Assembly: GCA_963740355.1 (NCBI GenBank)
Contig: CAVUDW010000002.1
Location: 1,344,001-1,408,000 of the forward strand
From: an uncultured Gemmatimonadaceae bacterium
Lineage (GTDB): Bacteria; Gemmatimonadota; Gemmatimonadetes; Gemmatimonadales; Gemmatimonadaceae
DNA length: 64,000 bases
Direction of reading: 5' to 3'
A model generated the notes under the pieces. That model was not told the DNA's origin and did no database searches. It was given only the letters and a program-made list of their open reading frames with translations. The translations under genes were made by a program, and so were the position numbers. Of the stretch, positions 37,206-47,174 are shown one piece after another (position 1 is the stretch's first letter; every line of letters begins with the position of its first letter).

Positions 37206-38462
37206 ATGACCCCTGCCAGCTACCTCCGCGCGTCGATCGTCGCCTTCCTCTGTGTCGCTCCCGTGAACGTCGCCCTCGCCGCGCCGCGGGCCGCCGAGGT
37301 GCCGAGCTCTGGGCCCGTCACCCCCGGGATCACGGTACTGGTGCGAGACTCGATCCACCTGATCCGCGGCAAGCGTGTCGGACTCATCACCAACCACACG
37401 GGACGGGACGCAGCCGGTGTCAGCAGCATCGACCTGCTCGCCAAGGCGCCCGGCGTGCAGCTCGTGGCCCTGTTCGGACCCGAGCACGGCCTGCGCGGCG
37501 TGGCTCAGGCGGGGGAGAAGGTGGCGTCCTCGGTCGACAGTGCCACGGGCGTCACCATTTTCTCGCTTTACGGCAACACCAAGGTGCCGACGGCGGAGAT
37601 GCTGAAGAACGTCGATGTCCTCGTGTACGACATCCAGGACGTCGGCTCGCGCACCTATACCTACGCCTGGACAATGGCGCTCTCGGCCGACGCGGCGGGG
37701 AAGGCCGGCATTCCGTTCATCGTCTGTGATCGTCCCGATCCGGTGCGCGGTGATATCGTCGCCGGCGCCGTTCTGGACACGGCCTATCGCTCGTTCGTCG
37801 GGCAGTATCCGGTGACGCTGCGGTATGGCCTGACCGCCGGTGAACTTCTGCGACACCTCGTGCGCACGAAGCAGGTGCATGCGAACGTCACCGTGGTGCC
37901 GATGCAGGGCTGGCGACGCGACATGTGGTACGACGAAACGGGACTGCCGTGGGTCGTGCCGTCACCGAACCTGAAGACGCTCGATGCAGCGATTCTCTAT
38001 ACCGGCACGGTGTTCGTCGAAGGGTCCAACCTGAGTGAAGGTCGCGGCACTGATGCCCCCTTCCAGCTGGTGGGCGCACCGTGGCTCACCGACGCCGGTG
38101 CCATTGCCGCGTCGCTGCAGGCGATGCAAATGCCCGGCGTGCGCTTCGACACGGTCACGCGCACGATCGCGGCCGGTCAGAAGCACGCTGGCGCCACCAT
38201 TCCGATGGTGCGCATCACGATCACCGATCGCAATGTGATCGACCCGGTGCAGGTCGGTCTCACCCTCCTCTCCGCGATTCGTCGCCGGCACGAAAAGGAT
38301 CTCGTCTGGCGCGACGCCTTCATGGCGCAACTGGCAGGCACGCGCGCGCTGATCGGCGCGCTGAATACATCGGATGCCGCAGTGGTGGCGCTGCGAGCGC
38401 AGTGGCGTCGCGATGCGGTGCGTTTCGCGGCATCGACGCGCGTCGATCAACTCTACCGCTGA
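37206..38462 (+). CDS. DUF1343 / NamZ-like exo-beta-N-acetylmuramidase
   Basis: VGLITNHTG, LFGPEHG, YDIQDVG, PSPNL, SEGRGT. Confidence 0.9.
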   Translation: MTPASYLRASIVAFLCVAPVNVALAAPRAAEVPSSGPVTPGITVLVRDSIHLIRGKRVGLITNHTGRDAAGVSSIDLLAKAPGVQLVALFGPEHGLRGVAQAGEKVASSVDSATGVTIFSLYGNTKVPTAEMLKNVDVLVYDIQDVGSRTYTYAWTMALSADAAGKAGIPFIVCDRPDPVRGDIVAGAVLDTAYRSFVGQYPVTLRYGLTAGELLRHLVRTKQVHANVTVVPMQGWRRDMWYDETGLPWVVPSPNLKTLDAAILYTGTVFVEGSNLSEGRGTDAPFQLVGAPWLTDAGAIAASLQAMQMPGVRFDTVTRTIAAGQKHAGATIPMVRITITDRNVIDPVQVGLTLLSAIRRRHEKDLVWRDAFMAQLAGTRALIGALNTSDAAVVALRAQWRRDAVRFAASTRVDQLYR

Positions 38463-38532
38463 TCGGCCTGCGCACGTGTTTTGGCGGTGACAGCGCGCGG
38501 GTCGTCCGGGCGCGCTGCCACCGTGCATCGCG

Positions 38533-39018
38533 TCAGGCCTGCGTGCGACCCATGCGTGTCGCGTAGACGCTGCGGCGCTGATCGCGGCCAAGAGCGATCA
38601 CGTCGTATCGCTCCGGCGACGGGCCTTCCATGCCAGGTGAACCGGCCGGCATTCCCGGGACGAAGAGGCCCACGATGGCCGGCTTTTCCTTCAACACTTT
38701 CTGCACCAGGTCGGGCGGCACGTGCCCCTCGAACAGGTACCCGGCAACCACACCGGTGTGGCACGACGCCAGGGCTTCCGGCACACCGAGTGAACCCTTT
38801 ACTGCGCCGATGTTGGGTGTGTCCCGAACATCCACCACGAAGCCAGCCTTTCGCATCGCCTCGTTCCAGGCGGTGCAGCAGCCGCAGTTCGGGTCCTTGT
38901 AGACGGTGATCCGCGTGGCCGGCGGCAGCGCCGAAGCCTGCTGGCTGACCAAGGCGGAGGCACCGGCGAAAACGGCGGCACGGAGCAGGAACGCGCGACG
39001 ATCGAGTGGCTCGGACAT
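38533..39018 (-). CDS. DUF411 metal-binding protein (CopG-like), Tat signal
   Basis: DRRAFL; YKDPNCGCC, SCHT, EGHVP, PGMPAGSPGME. Confidence 0.9.
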   Translation of the reverse strand: MSEPLDRRAFLLRAAVFAGASALVSQQASALPPATRITVYKDPNCGCCTAWNEAMRKAGFVVDVRDTPNIGAVKGSLGVPEALASCHTGVVAGYLFEGHVPPDLVQKVLKEKPAIVGLFVPGMPAGSPGMEGPSPERYDVIALGRDQRRSVYATRMGRTQA

Positions 39019-39044
39019 GCTGCAAGATAGCTATTTTCACCACC

Positions 39045-40340
39045 ATGGCCATCATCGAAGCCTCCATCCCGCTTTTCTTCCTGCTCATCATCGTCGAGCT
39101 GGTGGTGGCCCGGCGCAGGCACCTGCGCCTGTACCGACTGAACGACTCCATCAGCGACCTCTCCTGCGGCATCCTCAGCCAGCTGCTGGGCATCTTCACC
39201 AAGTTGCTCGTGCTCGGCGTGTTCGCCTGGTGCGCCGCACACCTCTCGCTGCAGCGACTTGGCCTGCTGCCGGCGTGGATCGAGCGTGTGCCGTTCGGCA
39301 GCAGTGCCGTGCCGGGGGTGTGGGGAGTCGACTGGCCGGCGTGGGGCAGCTGGGCACTGGCGTTCCTGCTCGTCGATCTCGCGTACTACTTCCTGCACCG
39401 CTACTCGCACACCATCCACGTATTGTGGGCTGGACATGTCGTGCACCACTCGAGTGAGGAGTACAACCTCACAGTCGCACTCCGGCAAAGTTCGCTGCAT
39501 GGGCTTTTCAGCTGGGTGTTCTTCATCCCGCTGGCAGTGATCGGCATGCCATGGCAGCTGTTCGCCGCCTGCTACGCACTCAACCTCGTCTACCAGTTCT
39601 GGATTCACACGCGCGAGATCGACCGACTGCCGCTCGGCCTCGAATGGTGGCTCAATACGCCCTCCCACCACCGCGTGCATCACGGCGTGAATCCACAGTA
39701 CATGGACAAGAACTACGCCGGTGCGCTGATCATCTGGGATCGGATGTTCGGCACCTTCGAGCCGGAGGTCGAGCCGGTGGTGTACGGCATCACCACGCCC
39801 CTCGAGAGCTGGAATCCGGTCTGGGCCAACGTGCATGTCTTCGCGGACATCGCACGCAACGCCGCGCGCACGGCTCGGTGGAGCGACAAGTGGCGCGTGA
39901 TCTTCGGCCATCCGGGCTACGTTCCGGCTGACCTCGCAACAGATGCGCCAGCGAAGCATGCGTGGCCAGTGCACGCGCCACAATTCGACCCGGTCGTGCC
40001 GCGCGAGCACCAGTTCTACGGCGCGGCGCAGTTCGTCGCGCTGCTGACGGCGGCCTACCTCACACTCGTCGCCGCAGCCAGCATGGCGTCCCACGAGATC
40101 GCCGCGATGCTCTTCTTCGTCACACTCGGTCTCGCCAATGTCGGCGCATTGTTCGAAGGCAAGGCCTGGGTCTACCCGATCGAGTTTGCGCGATTGGCGA
40201 CGATCAGCGTGGCATCGTGTGCGTTCCTCGCGCGCGGCCAGCATGTCGCATGGTCCAGCGCCGTCCTGCTGGGATGCATCACGTCCGCGATCTGGCTGTT
40301 GCGCCTGCGAAGCCGGAGCCCCGTGCAGCAATCGCGATAG
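39045..40340 (+). CDS. Sterol desaturase / alkylglycerol monooxygenase-like membrane di-iron enzyme
   Basis: His boxes HRYSH, HVVHH, HHRVHH; DKNYAG, WDRMFGTF. Confidence 0.88.
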   Translation: MAIIEASIPLFFLLIIVELVVARRRHLRLYRLNDSISDLSCGILSQLLGIFTKLLVLGVFAWCAAHLSLQRLGLLPAWIERVPFGSSAVPGVWGVDWPAWGSWALAFLLVDLAYYFLHRYSHTIHVLWAGHVVHHSSEEYNLTVALRQSSLHGLFSWVFFIPLAVIGMPWQLFAACYALNLVYQFWIHTREIDRLPLGLEWWLNTPSHHRVHHGVNPQYMDKNYAGALIIWDRMFGTFEPEVEPVVYGITTPLESWNPVWANVHVFADIARNAARTARWSDKWRVIFGHPGYVPADLATDAPAKHAWPVHAPQFDPVVPREHQFYGAAQFVALLTAAYLTLVAAASMASHEIAAMLFFVTLGLANVGALFEGKAWVYPIEFARLATISVASCAFLARGQHVAWSSAVLLGCITSAIWLLRLRSRSPVQQSR

Positions 40341-40367
40341 GCGCCAGCTGGCGTCAGCGCGTCGACT

Positions 40368-40757
40368 CTACTTCGAGAGTGCTCGACCGAGTGACATGCC
40401 GATCACCATGGCACCGACGCCCAGCACGAGGCTGAACATGACATAGGTGGTGATCATCGTCATGCGACCCTCCTCGAGCCCCTTCACGATATCCATCGAG
40501 AAGGCCGAGAAGGTGGTGAAGCCGCCGCAGAGGCCCGTCGTGATCATGATGCGCGTGGTGTCGCTCATCGTTCCGTTTTGCACGCCATAACGGACCGCGA
40601 TGCCGAACACGAAACAGCCGATCACGTTCACCAGCAGCACGCCGAGTGGGAAAACATCGGTGACGCGCGTGTTGGTGAACGACACCAGCAGCATGCGCAG
40701 CACGCCGCCCACGGCGCTTGCGACGGCGACGAGCAGGATCGACGCGAGGGAGGGCAT
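40368..40757 (-). CDS. crcB: Fluoride efflux channel Fluc/CrcB
   Basis: GGVLR, FPLGVLLVNVIG, TGLCGGFTTFSAF. Confidence 0.92.
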   Translation of the reverse strand: MPSLASILLVAVASAVGGVLRMLLVSFTNTRVTDVFPLGVLLVNVIGCFVFGIAVRYGVQNGTMSDTTRIMITTGLCGGFTTFSAFSMDIVKGLEEGRMTMITTYVMFSLVLGVGAMVIGMSLGRALSK

Positions 40758-41935
40758 TACGCGGCCACCACCGTATCCTGCTCGTACTGGCGCGTGCGCC
40801 ACTGCCTTGGCCGCTTGAGCGACGATAGCACGATCCGAATGGCGGCCAGCGGGTCCGCCGTAAACGACAACCAGAACGTCCAGTGACGCACCGCGTACGA
40901 ACCGGCGAGCCCGAATTGCAGGAGCACACGCGCGACCACGAGTCCGACGTTCATCCAGAACCAGATGGCTGCCGGGCCACCCACGCGCCAATCCGGAATA
41001 CCGGTGGCCAGTGCGACCAGGACCGCTGGCAGCGGAACGAATTGCGTCAGCAGCACGAAGCAGACGTCCCAGAACTGGGTCCATGACGTCGTGCCGTCCT
41101 TGAGATCGATCGAGCGCCCCCATTCGCGCCACATCTGCCCGATGCCGCTGTACGCGCGCACGCCGATGATGCGTGCGCCATCGAGGAAGCCCACCTTCGC
41201 GCCGTTGCGTGCCATGTGGCGCGCCAGGGTCACGTCGTCGCACCAGCTGCGACGTGCGCTGCTGTACCCGCCATTGGCCAGCAGCGTGCTGCGCTTCGCG
41301 AGAAAACATTGCCCGTTGGCCATCACCCGATCCGGCGATGGTGCACGTTCGCCCGCCGCACCGAAGCGATAGACGAGCGTCACCAGCATGGCAGGTTGCA
41401 ACCACTGCTCCGCCACCGTCATCTCGTTGAAACGTGGCGCGAAGCTGACGGCATCGTAGCCCAGTGACTCGGCGGCGTTGACGGCAGCGGCCACGAGGCC
41501 CGGCTGAGGCGTCGTATCGGCGTCGATGCCAAGCACCCACTCTCCCTTCGCATGCCTGAGGCCGTGCTCGAGAGCCCAGACCTTGCCCACCCACTCCGGC
41601 GGCAGCGGGTCGTCGTGCATCGGCACGATGCGCGAATCGAGTGTCGCCGCCGATTGAATCAGCTCCCAGGTGCCGTCGGTGGACCGGCTGTCGACGATCA
41701 GCGCCTCCAGCATCGCCGGGCCCTGCCGGCGCAGGCCGTCGAGGCAGGGCCCAATGCGGTGTGCCTCGTCGAGGCTCGTCACCACCACCGTGACGCGTCC
41801 CGCATGCGCATCGCCAAGCAGCGGCGCGATGGGGGGACGGCGTGTACGGCCGGGCAGCAGGCGGACCACCAGCAGGAGGGTGGCGAGGCCCTGCACGGCG
41901 ACCAGCGCAGCGAACGCAACAGAAAGGGAGGGCAC
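40757..41935 (-). CDS. cruG: GT2 glycosyltransferase, CruG-like carotenoid 2'-O-glycosyltransferase
   Basis: WVGKVWAL, IDAD, VMANGQCF, DDVTLAR, EWGRSIDLKD; resembles cyanobacterial CruG from memory. Confidence 0.7.
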   Translation of the reverse strand: MPSLSVAFAALVAVQGLATLLLVVRLLPGRTRRPPIAPLLGDAHAGRVTVVVTSLDEAHRIGPCLDGLRRQGPAMLEALIVDSRSTDGTWELIQSAATLDSRIVPMHDDPLPPEWVGKVWALEHGLRHAKGEWVLGIDADTTPQPGLVAAAVNAAESLGYDAVSFAPRFNEMTVAEQWLQPAMLVTLVYRFGAAGERAPSPDRVMANGQCFLAKRSTLLANGGYSSARRSWCDDVTLARHMARNGAKVGFLDGARIIGVRAYSGIGQMWREWGRSIDLKDGTTSWTQFWDVCFVLLTQFVPLPAVLVALATGIPDWRVGGPAAIWFWMNVGLVVARVLLQFGLAGSYAVRHWTFWLSFTADPLAAIRIVLSSLKRPRQWRTRQYEQDTVVAA

Positions 41936-42075
41936 GTGGCGAATGTACGGGTCCGGGCGATGATTGGCAGTGGCGGGCGGGTGGGAACATCCGCTACCAC
42001 GGCGGCATACCTTTGATGTTCCACCGGCCGCTGCCTCGCGTCGAGTGGACATTCACTCCAAACAGCTCCCAACTC

Positions 42076-42672
42076 ATGCGTCGTTTCTTCACGATGTCGG
42101 CCGTCCTGCTCGCCGCTGCTGCCCCAGTGTTCGCCCAGGGCGGCATGACCATGGCAGCTCCTGCTGCTGGCCGGTTGTCGATTGCACCCTCCCCCCGCGC
42201 TTCTGCCACGATCGAAGTGAGCACCGGCGTCCGTGGCGCCCCCACGATGAAGGTCTCCGTGGACTACGGCCAGCCGTTTGCACGTGGCCGCGCCGTGGAA
42301 GGTGGTCTGATCCCGAACGGTCAGGTATGGCGGACCGGTGCCAATTCGTCGACGGCGTTCACGACGCAGGCGAACCTCAAGATCGGCACGCTGACGGTGC
42401 CGAAGGGCACGTACACGCTCTTCACGCTCTGGACGCCGGCCGCCGGCATGCAGCTGATCGTGAACAAGCAGACGGGGCAGTGGGGTACGGAGTACAAGCC
42501 CGAGATGGATCTGGGCCGCACGGCGATGACCTCCCGCACCATGGCCGACTCGCATGACGCCTTCATGATCACGATCGAGCCCGGCACGGCCACCACCGGC
42601 CCGACCACCGCCACGATGCGTCTGGTGTGGGGCAAGTCCGAATTCTCGGTGCCGATCACGGTCGTTCCGTAA
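42076..42672 (+). CDS. DUF2911 exported protein
   Basis: SPRA, VDYGQP, VWRTGAN, GTYTLFT, QWGTEY. Confidence 0.88.
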   Translation: MRRFFTMSAVLLAAAAPVFAQGGMTMAAPAAGRLSIAPSPRASATIEVSTGVRGAPTMKVSVDYGQPFARGRAVEGGLIPNGQVWRTGANSSTAFTTQANLKIGTLTVPKGTYTLFTLWTPAAGMQLIVNKQTGQWGTEYKPEMDLGRTAMTSRTMADSHDAFMITIEPGTATTGPTTATMRLVWGKSEFSVPITVVP

Positions 42673-42842
42673 GCGATCCTCGAAGGGAAGTTGTTGGAAA
42701 CGTCTGGCTGGCACGGAGGTGACCCCGCGCCAGCCAGACGTTCGTGCGTCAGGGTGAGGGGGCGAGGGTCCGCGAGCGACGGCGGACGGCTATCTTTTGC
42801 GTCTTGACGCAGGTCTCCGCTTTCCCGCTGCACACTCCGCTC

Positions 42843-43988
42843 ATGCCGCATTCCCGACTGCACAAGCTGCACGCTGCCGGACAGAGCGTCTGGCTCGACT
42901 ATATCGATCGGACGATTCTCGCCGACGGCGCCCTCACCCGTCAGATCGACGCCGATGCCCTCACCGGCATGACGTCGAATCCCACAATCTTCGAAAAGGC
43001 CCTCGCCACCGGCACTGCGTACGACGCGCAGCTCGCGTCCGCGCCGGAAGGGCTGACGCCATGGCAGCTGTTCGAGCTCGTCGAAAGTGACGACGTCCGT
43101 ACGGCCTGCGACCAGTTCCGCGCCGTGTACGAGCAGTCTGGCGGCACCGATGGATACGTCTCCATCGAAGTATCTCCGAACGTGGCCAATGACGCCGACG
43201 CCACGGTCGAGGAAGCCCATCGCCTCTGGAAGCTGGTCAACCGCCCGAACGTGATGATCAAGGTGCCGGGCACGGAAGAAGGCTCGAAGGCCCTCCGCCG
43301 CCTGATCGCCGATGGCCTCAACGTGAACGTCACGCTGCTCTTTGCAGTCGATGCCTATCGTCGTGTCGCAGAAGCCTATCTCGCCGGTCTCGAGGATCGG
43401 GCGAAGGTTGGCGGCGACCTGCATCGCGTGGGCAGTGTGGCCAGCTTCTTCATCAGCCGCGTGGACAACGAAGTCGACGCGCGCCTCGATGCGATGATCA
43501 AGGACGCCGACGATGCCTCGGCGTCGCGACTCGGTGCACTCAAGGGCAAGGCTGCCATCGCCAATGCCAAGCTGGCCTACGCCCTGTTCCAGAAGACGTT
43601 CTCGGGCGAACGCTGGGACAAGCTGCGCGCGAATTCCGGCCGAGTGCAGCGCCCGCTCTGGGCCAGCACCAGCGTCAAGAATCCGGCCTATCGCGACGTG
43701 ATGTACGTCGAGCAGCTGATCGGCCCCGATACGGTGAACACCATGCCGCCGGCGACGATCACGGCATTCCAGGATCATGGCGAAGCCGCGCGCACCGTCG
43801 ACAAGGACGTGGACGAAGCGCGCGAGTTGCTGCAGGCGCTGGCCAGCGAAGGGATCAGCATGTCGAGCGTGACGGACAAGTTGCTCGCCGAAGGCCTGGC
43901 CAGCTTCCAGAAGTCGTTCGACACCTTGCTCGCCGGTCTCGAAACGAAGTTGCGTTCACTCGGTCGTGCGCCGGTCGCGACGGTCTGA
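42843..43988 (+). CDS. tal: Transaldolase
   Basis: GQSVWLD, TSNPTIF, MIKVP, NVTLLF, RPLWAST. Confidence 0.95.
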   Translation: MPHSRLHKLHAAGQSVWLDYIDRTILADGALTRQIDADALTGMTSNPTIFEKALATGTAYDAQLASAPEGLTPWQLFELVESDDVRTACDQFRAVYEQSGGTDGYVSIEVSPNVANDADATVEEAHRLWKLVNRPNVMIKVPGTEEGSKALRRLIADGLNVNVTLLFAVDAYRRVAEAYLAGLEDRAKVGGDLHRVGSVASFFISRVDNEVDARLDAMIKDADDASASRLGALKGKAAIANAKLAYALFQKTFSGERWDKLRANSGRVQRPLWASTSVKNPAYRDVMYVEQLIGPDTVNTMPPATITAFQDHGEAARTVDKDVDEARELLQALASEGISMSSVTDKLLAEGLASFQKSFDTLLAGLETKLRSLGRAPVATV

Positions 43989-44126
43989 GCGAGGTCGGCG
44001 CACGCGGCAACGCGGTGCCGTGACGTGGCGCGGAAACGCGCTGTCGCAGGGAAAGTTCGAACCACTTGATGCGGGGGCTGTCTGTGAGTGCAGGCAGCCC
44101 CTGACGTATCCAGCCCCCGGAAACGC

Positions 44127-46616
44127 ATGGCACGCGGTCTCGTCGGAACCATTGGCAGCGCGGTCACAGTCGCCGCGACTCTCTTCGTGTGCGCGCGCGG
44201 GATCAGCGCCGCCGGCATTCCGCCCATCGGGCCCCTGCTCGATCCGCTGCAGGGAGCGGCGGCCAGCGTCCGATACGGCGACCTGCCGGAGACGGAGCAG
44301 GAACACATACCGGGCATGGGTGCAAACACCCGCGTCCTTTTCGATGTGCGGGGTGTGCCACACGTCTTCGCCGGCAACACGCGCGACGCGTATCGTGCGT
44401 TGGGCTACGCGGTGGCCCGCGACCGGTTCTTCCAGATGGAACTCACCTATCGCGCGGCATCAGGCACGCTGACCGAGTTGGCCGGTGCCCGTGCGCTGCC
44501 GCTCGACAAGGAAGCACGACAGCTCGGCCTCGGCTGGGCGGCCGAGCGCAAGTGGGCCGCGCTCGACAGCAGCAGCGAGGGCCGTCGGGCGATGGAAGCC
44601 TTCGCCGACGGGGTGAACGCGTACCGTGCATCGATGACGCCGGCCAGCACACCGGTGGAGTACAAGCTTCTGGGCGCGCAGCCGATGACCACATGGGAGC
44701 CACGGTACTCCGTGTACCTGCTGATGCGCATGGCGCTCACGCTCGCGTACGATCCTGAAGACCTGCGGCGCACCCGTGCCGCCGCACTGGTGGGCCGCGA
44801 TGCGGCCGATGCCCTCTTCCCGCGCAATAGTCCTATTCAGGAGCCAATTCAGCCTGTCGCAGGGCGTATGGCACCGCGTGAAGCGTGGGCCGTGATTCCC
44901 GCGCCTGGCGCGCCCGACACATCGCTGCTGGTGCCGGCGAAAGCCGCCAGCCTTCTCGAGCACACCGCGCTGGCCATGCCCGGCACCGAGCAGACCGGTG
45001 ATGCCCTCGGGAGCAACAACTGGGCGATCGCGCCGCAGCGCACCGCCAGCGGCGGCGCCTTGTTGTCCGGCGACCCGCACCTCGACCTGTCGTTGCCGTC
45101 GATCTGGTACGAAGCGCACCTCGTGGTGAAGGATTCGCTCGATGTCTACGGTGTGACGTTCCCCGGGTCGCCGACGATCGTGATCGGCTTCAACCAGAAC
45201 GTGGCATGGACGTTCACCAACACCGGTGGTGATGTCGCCGACTACTTCCTCGAGCAGGTCGACAACGAGAAGGCACCGACGCGCTACATGCTGGATGGAC
45301 AGTGGCAGAAGCTGACGCCGCGCATCGAGACCTTCCGGAATGCTGCCGGCAAGACGATCAGCACTGACACGGTGTTCTACACACATCGTGGTCCCACCAT
45401 GCGCGAGAACGGGCGATTCCTCAGCTTCCGCTGGACGGCACACGATCCATCGAACGAGCTGGATGGATTCGTGGCCGCGACCCGGGCCAGCTCGGTGCAG
45501 CAGTGGCAGGCAGCGATGCTGCCGTACAAGTCGCCGACGCAGAACATGCTGGTGGCCGATCGTAGCGGTACCATCGCACTCCGTTCGTATGGCGAATATC
45601 CATTGCGGCCGGCCGGCGTCGATGGAGCCTACGTGCGCGATGGGCGCACCCGTGCCAGCGATTGGACCGGCATGCTCCCGATCGACAGCATGCCGCAGGT
45701 CACCAATCCGGCGCAGGGTTACATCGTGAGCGCCAACCAGCAGCCCTTCGATCCTGCGGTGGTTCCGCGCTACATCGGCGGCAATTGGCCCGACCCGTGG
45801 CGCGCGCTGCGCATCAATGAAATCCTGCGCGCCGATGATCGGGTCACGCCGGAACGCATTCGGCAGATGCACATGGATCCGCTGAACGTGCGGGCCCGCA
45901 TGATCGCGCCGTTCTTCGTGCGGGCGGCAGAACGCAGCGGCAACGCGTCGCTCGGTGCGGCCGCGAAAATGCTGCGCGACTGGGACTATCGCTACACGCT
46001 CGATGCGCGTGTGCCGGTGTTGTTCGAGGCCGCGATGAAGCGTGCGGTGCGCAACACCTGGGATGAGTTGAGTCCCGAGGCAGGGAAGGCAGCCGTCGCC
46101 GTCCCGGCCAGCGCGGTGTTCCTCGAACTGCTGCGTGATTCGACCAATGTCTGGTGGGACGACAAGCGCACTGCGGGCTCGGTCGAAACGCGGGACGGCC
46201 TGCTCGCCGATGCCCTGAAGAGTGCCTACGACTCCCTCGCGCTCTCACTCGGCCCGGTCGGCCTGCCCTGGGAGTGGAGTCGGACGGGCGGCATCAACGT
46301 GCACCACCTGGTGAACCTGCCGGGCTTCAATCGCGATCATCTGGCGGTCACTTCCGGGTACGGCACGATTGCGCCGGCGTCAGGTGCGACGGGCAGTCAC
46401 GGTGCCAGCTGGCGCATGATCGTGGAACTGACGAAGGAGCGTCGCACGGCCTGGTCGATCTATCCCGGCGGTCAGAGCGGCAATCCGGCCAGCAAGCGGT
46501 ACGACGATCGGCTGGAGAAGTGGCGCACGGGGCAGCTGGATTCGCTGATCGTGCCGGAGAGTGAAGCGGCGTTCGCCAAGGCACGGATTCTTTCGACCCT
46601 CGAATTGCGGCCGTAG
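44127..46616 (+). CDS. Penicillin acylase / Ntn-hydrolase family protein
   Basis: GVPHV, DRFFQM, beta-chain start GSNNW, DPHL, PGGQSG. Confidence 0.92.
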   Translation: MARGLVGTIGSAVTVAATLFVCARGISAAGIPPIGPLLDPLQGAAASVRYGDLPETEQEHIPGMGANTRVLFDVRGVPHVFAGNTRDAYRALGYAVARDRFFQMELTYRAASGTLTELAGARALPLDKEARQLGLGWAAERKWAALDSSSEGRRAMEAFADGVNAYRASMTPASTPVEYKLLGAQPMTTWEPRYSVYLLMRMALTLAYDPEDLRRTRAAALVGRDAADALFPRNSPIQEPIQPVAGRMAPREAWAVIPAPGAPDTSLLVPAKAASLLEHTALAMPGTEQTGDALGSNNWAIAPQRTASGGALLSGDPHLDLSLPSIWYEAHLVVKDSLDVYGVTFPGSPTIVIGFNQNVAWTFTNTGGDVADYFLEQVDNEKAPTRYMLDGQWQKLTPRIETFRNAAGKTISTDTVFYTHRGPTMRENGRFLSFRWTAHDPSNELDGFVAATRASSVQQWQAAMLPYKSPTQNMLVADRSGTIALRSYGEYPLRPAGVDGAYVRDGRTRASDWTGMLPIDSMPQVTNPAQGYIVSANQQPFDPAVVPRYIGGNWPDPWRALRINEILRADDRVTPERIRQMHMDPLNVRARMIAPFFVRAAERSGNASLGAAAKMLRDWDYRYTLDARVPVLFEAAMKRAVRNTWDELSPEAGKAAVAVPASAVFLELLRDSTNVWWDDKRTAGSVETRDGLLADALKSAYDSLALSLGPVGLPWEWSRTGGINVHHLVNLPGFNRDHLAVTSGYGTIAPASGATGSHGASWRMIVELTKERRTAWSIYPGGQSGNPASKRYDDRLEKWRTGQLDSLIVPESEAAFAKARILSTLELRP

Positions 46617-46622
46617 GGCGGC

Positions 46623-47075
46623 ATGTCGTTCACCGCGCTCATCCTGACCGTAGGAGCCCTCGTTGCCGCCGGCATCGCGCTCCTGTGGGCCAACCAGACC
46701 CGGAACCAGACCATGTTCGTGATCGTCGCCGTCGTCCTTTTCATCGCTGCCGAGTTCGTCATGGGCTGGTGGGCCCTGCCGGTCGTCGGCCTCGTGCTCG
46801 GCCTCGTCGGCGCGCGCCGAAAGGCGGTCGGCACCATGGTCGCTGGCGCCGCACTCACCGCCTGGATGCTCCTCTATGGCTGGAACGCCATGCACGGCAA
46901 CCTCGGCAGTTTCATGCAGGCGCTGGCGGCCAGCATGAAGGTGAAACCGAACGCCCTCCTCTCTGTGGTGACCGCTTTGCCCGCACTGCTCGCCGGCCCG
47001 GCGGCACGTCTCGGTGCCGGTTTGCGCCCGGAATCGACGCCCGCAGATCCGGTAGGGACCGCATTGAACGGTTAG
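46623..47075 (+). CDS. Hypothetical membrane protein
   Basis: Hydrophobic 150-aa ORF in operon context. Confidence 0.65.
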   Translation: MSFTALILTVGALVAAGIALLWANQTRNQTMFVIVAVVLFIAAEFVMGWWALPVVGLVLGLVGARRKAVGTMVAGAALTAWMLLYGWNAMHGNLGSFMQALAASMKVKPNALLSVVTALPALLAGPAARLGAGLRPESTPADPVGTALNG

Positions 47076-47174
47076 TTCAGCTATGTTGGGTTCCGGGAAC
47101 CGGCGCGTGGGCGTGCCGGCGAAGCCCACACGGCCCGGCTGCGATCGGCGCCGTTTCCACTCGACGCCGATCCC

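Noticed and set aside
40758..41990. 540-aa fusion ending in CrcB
   Set aside because: The upstream part is an alternative frame of the GT2 gene; CrcB starts at 40757.
41936..42075. Fluoride riboswitch for crcB
   Set aside because: crcB is the second gene of the unit, and I could not identify the aptamer consensus upstream.
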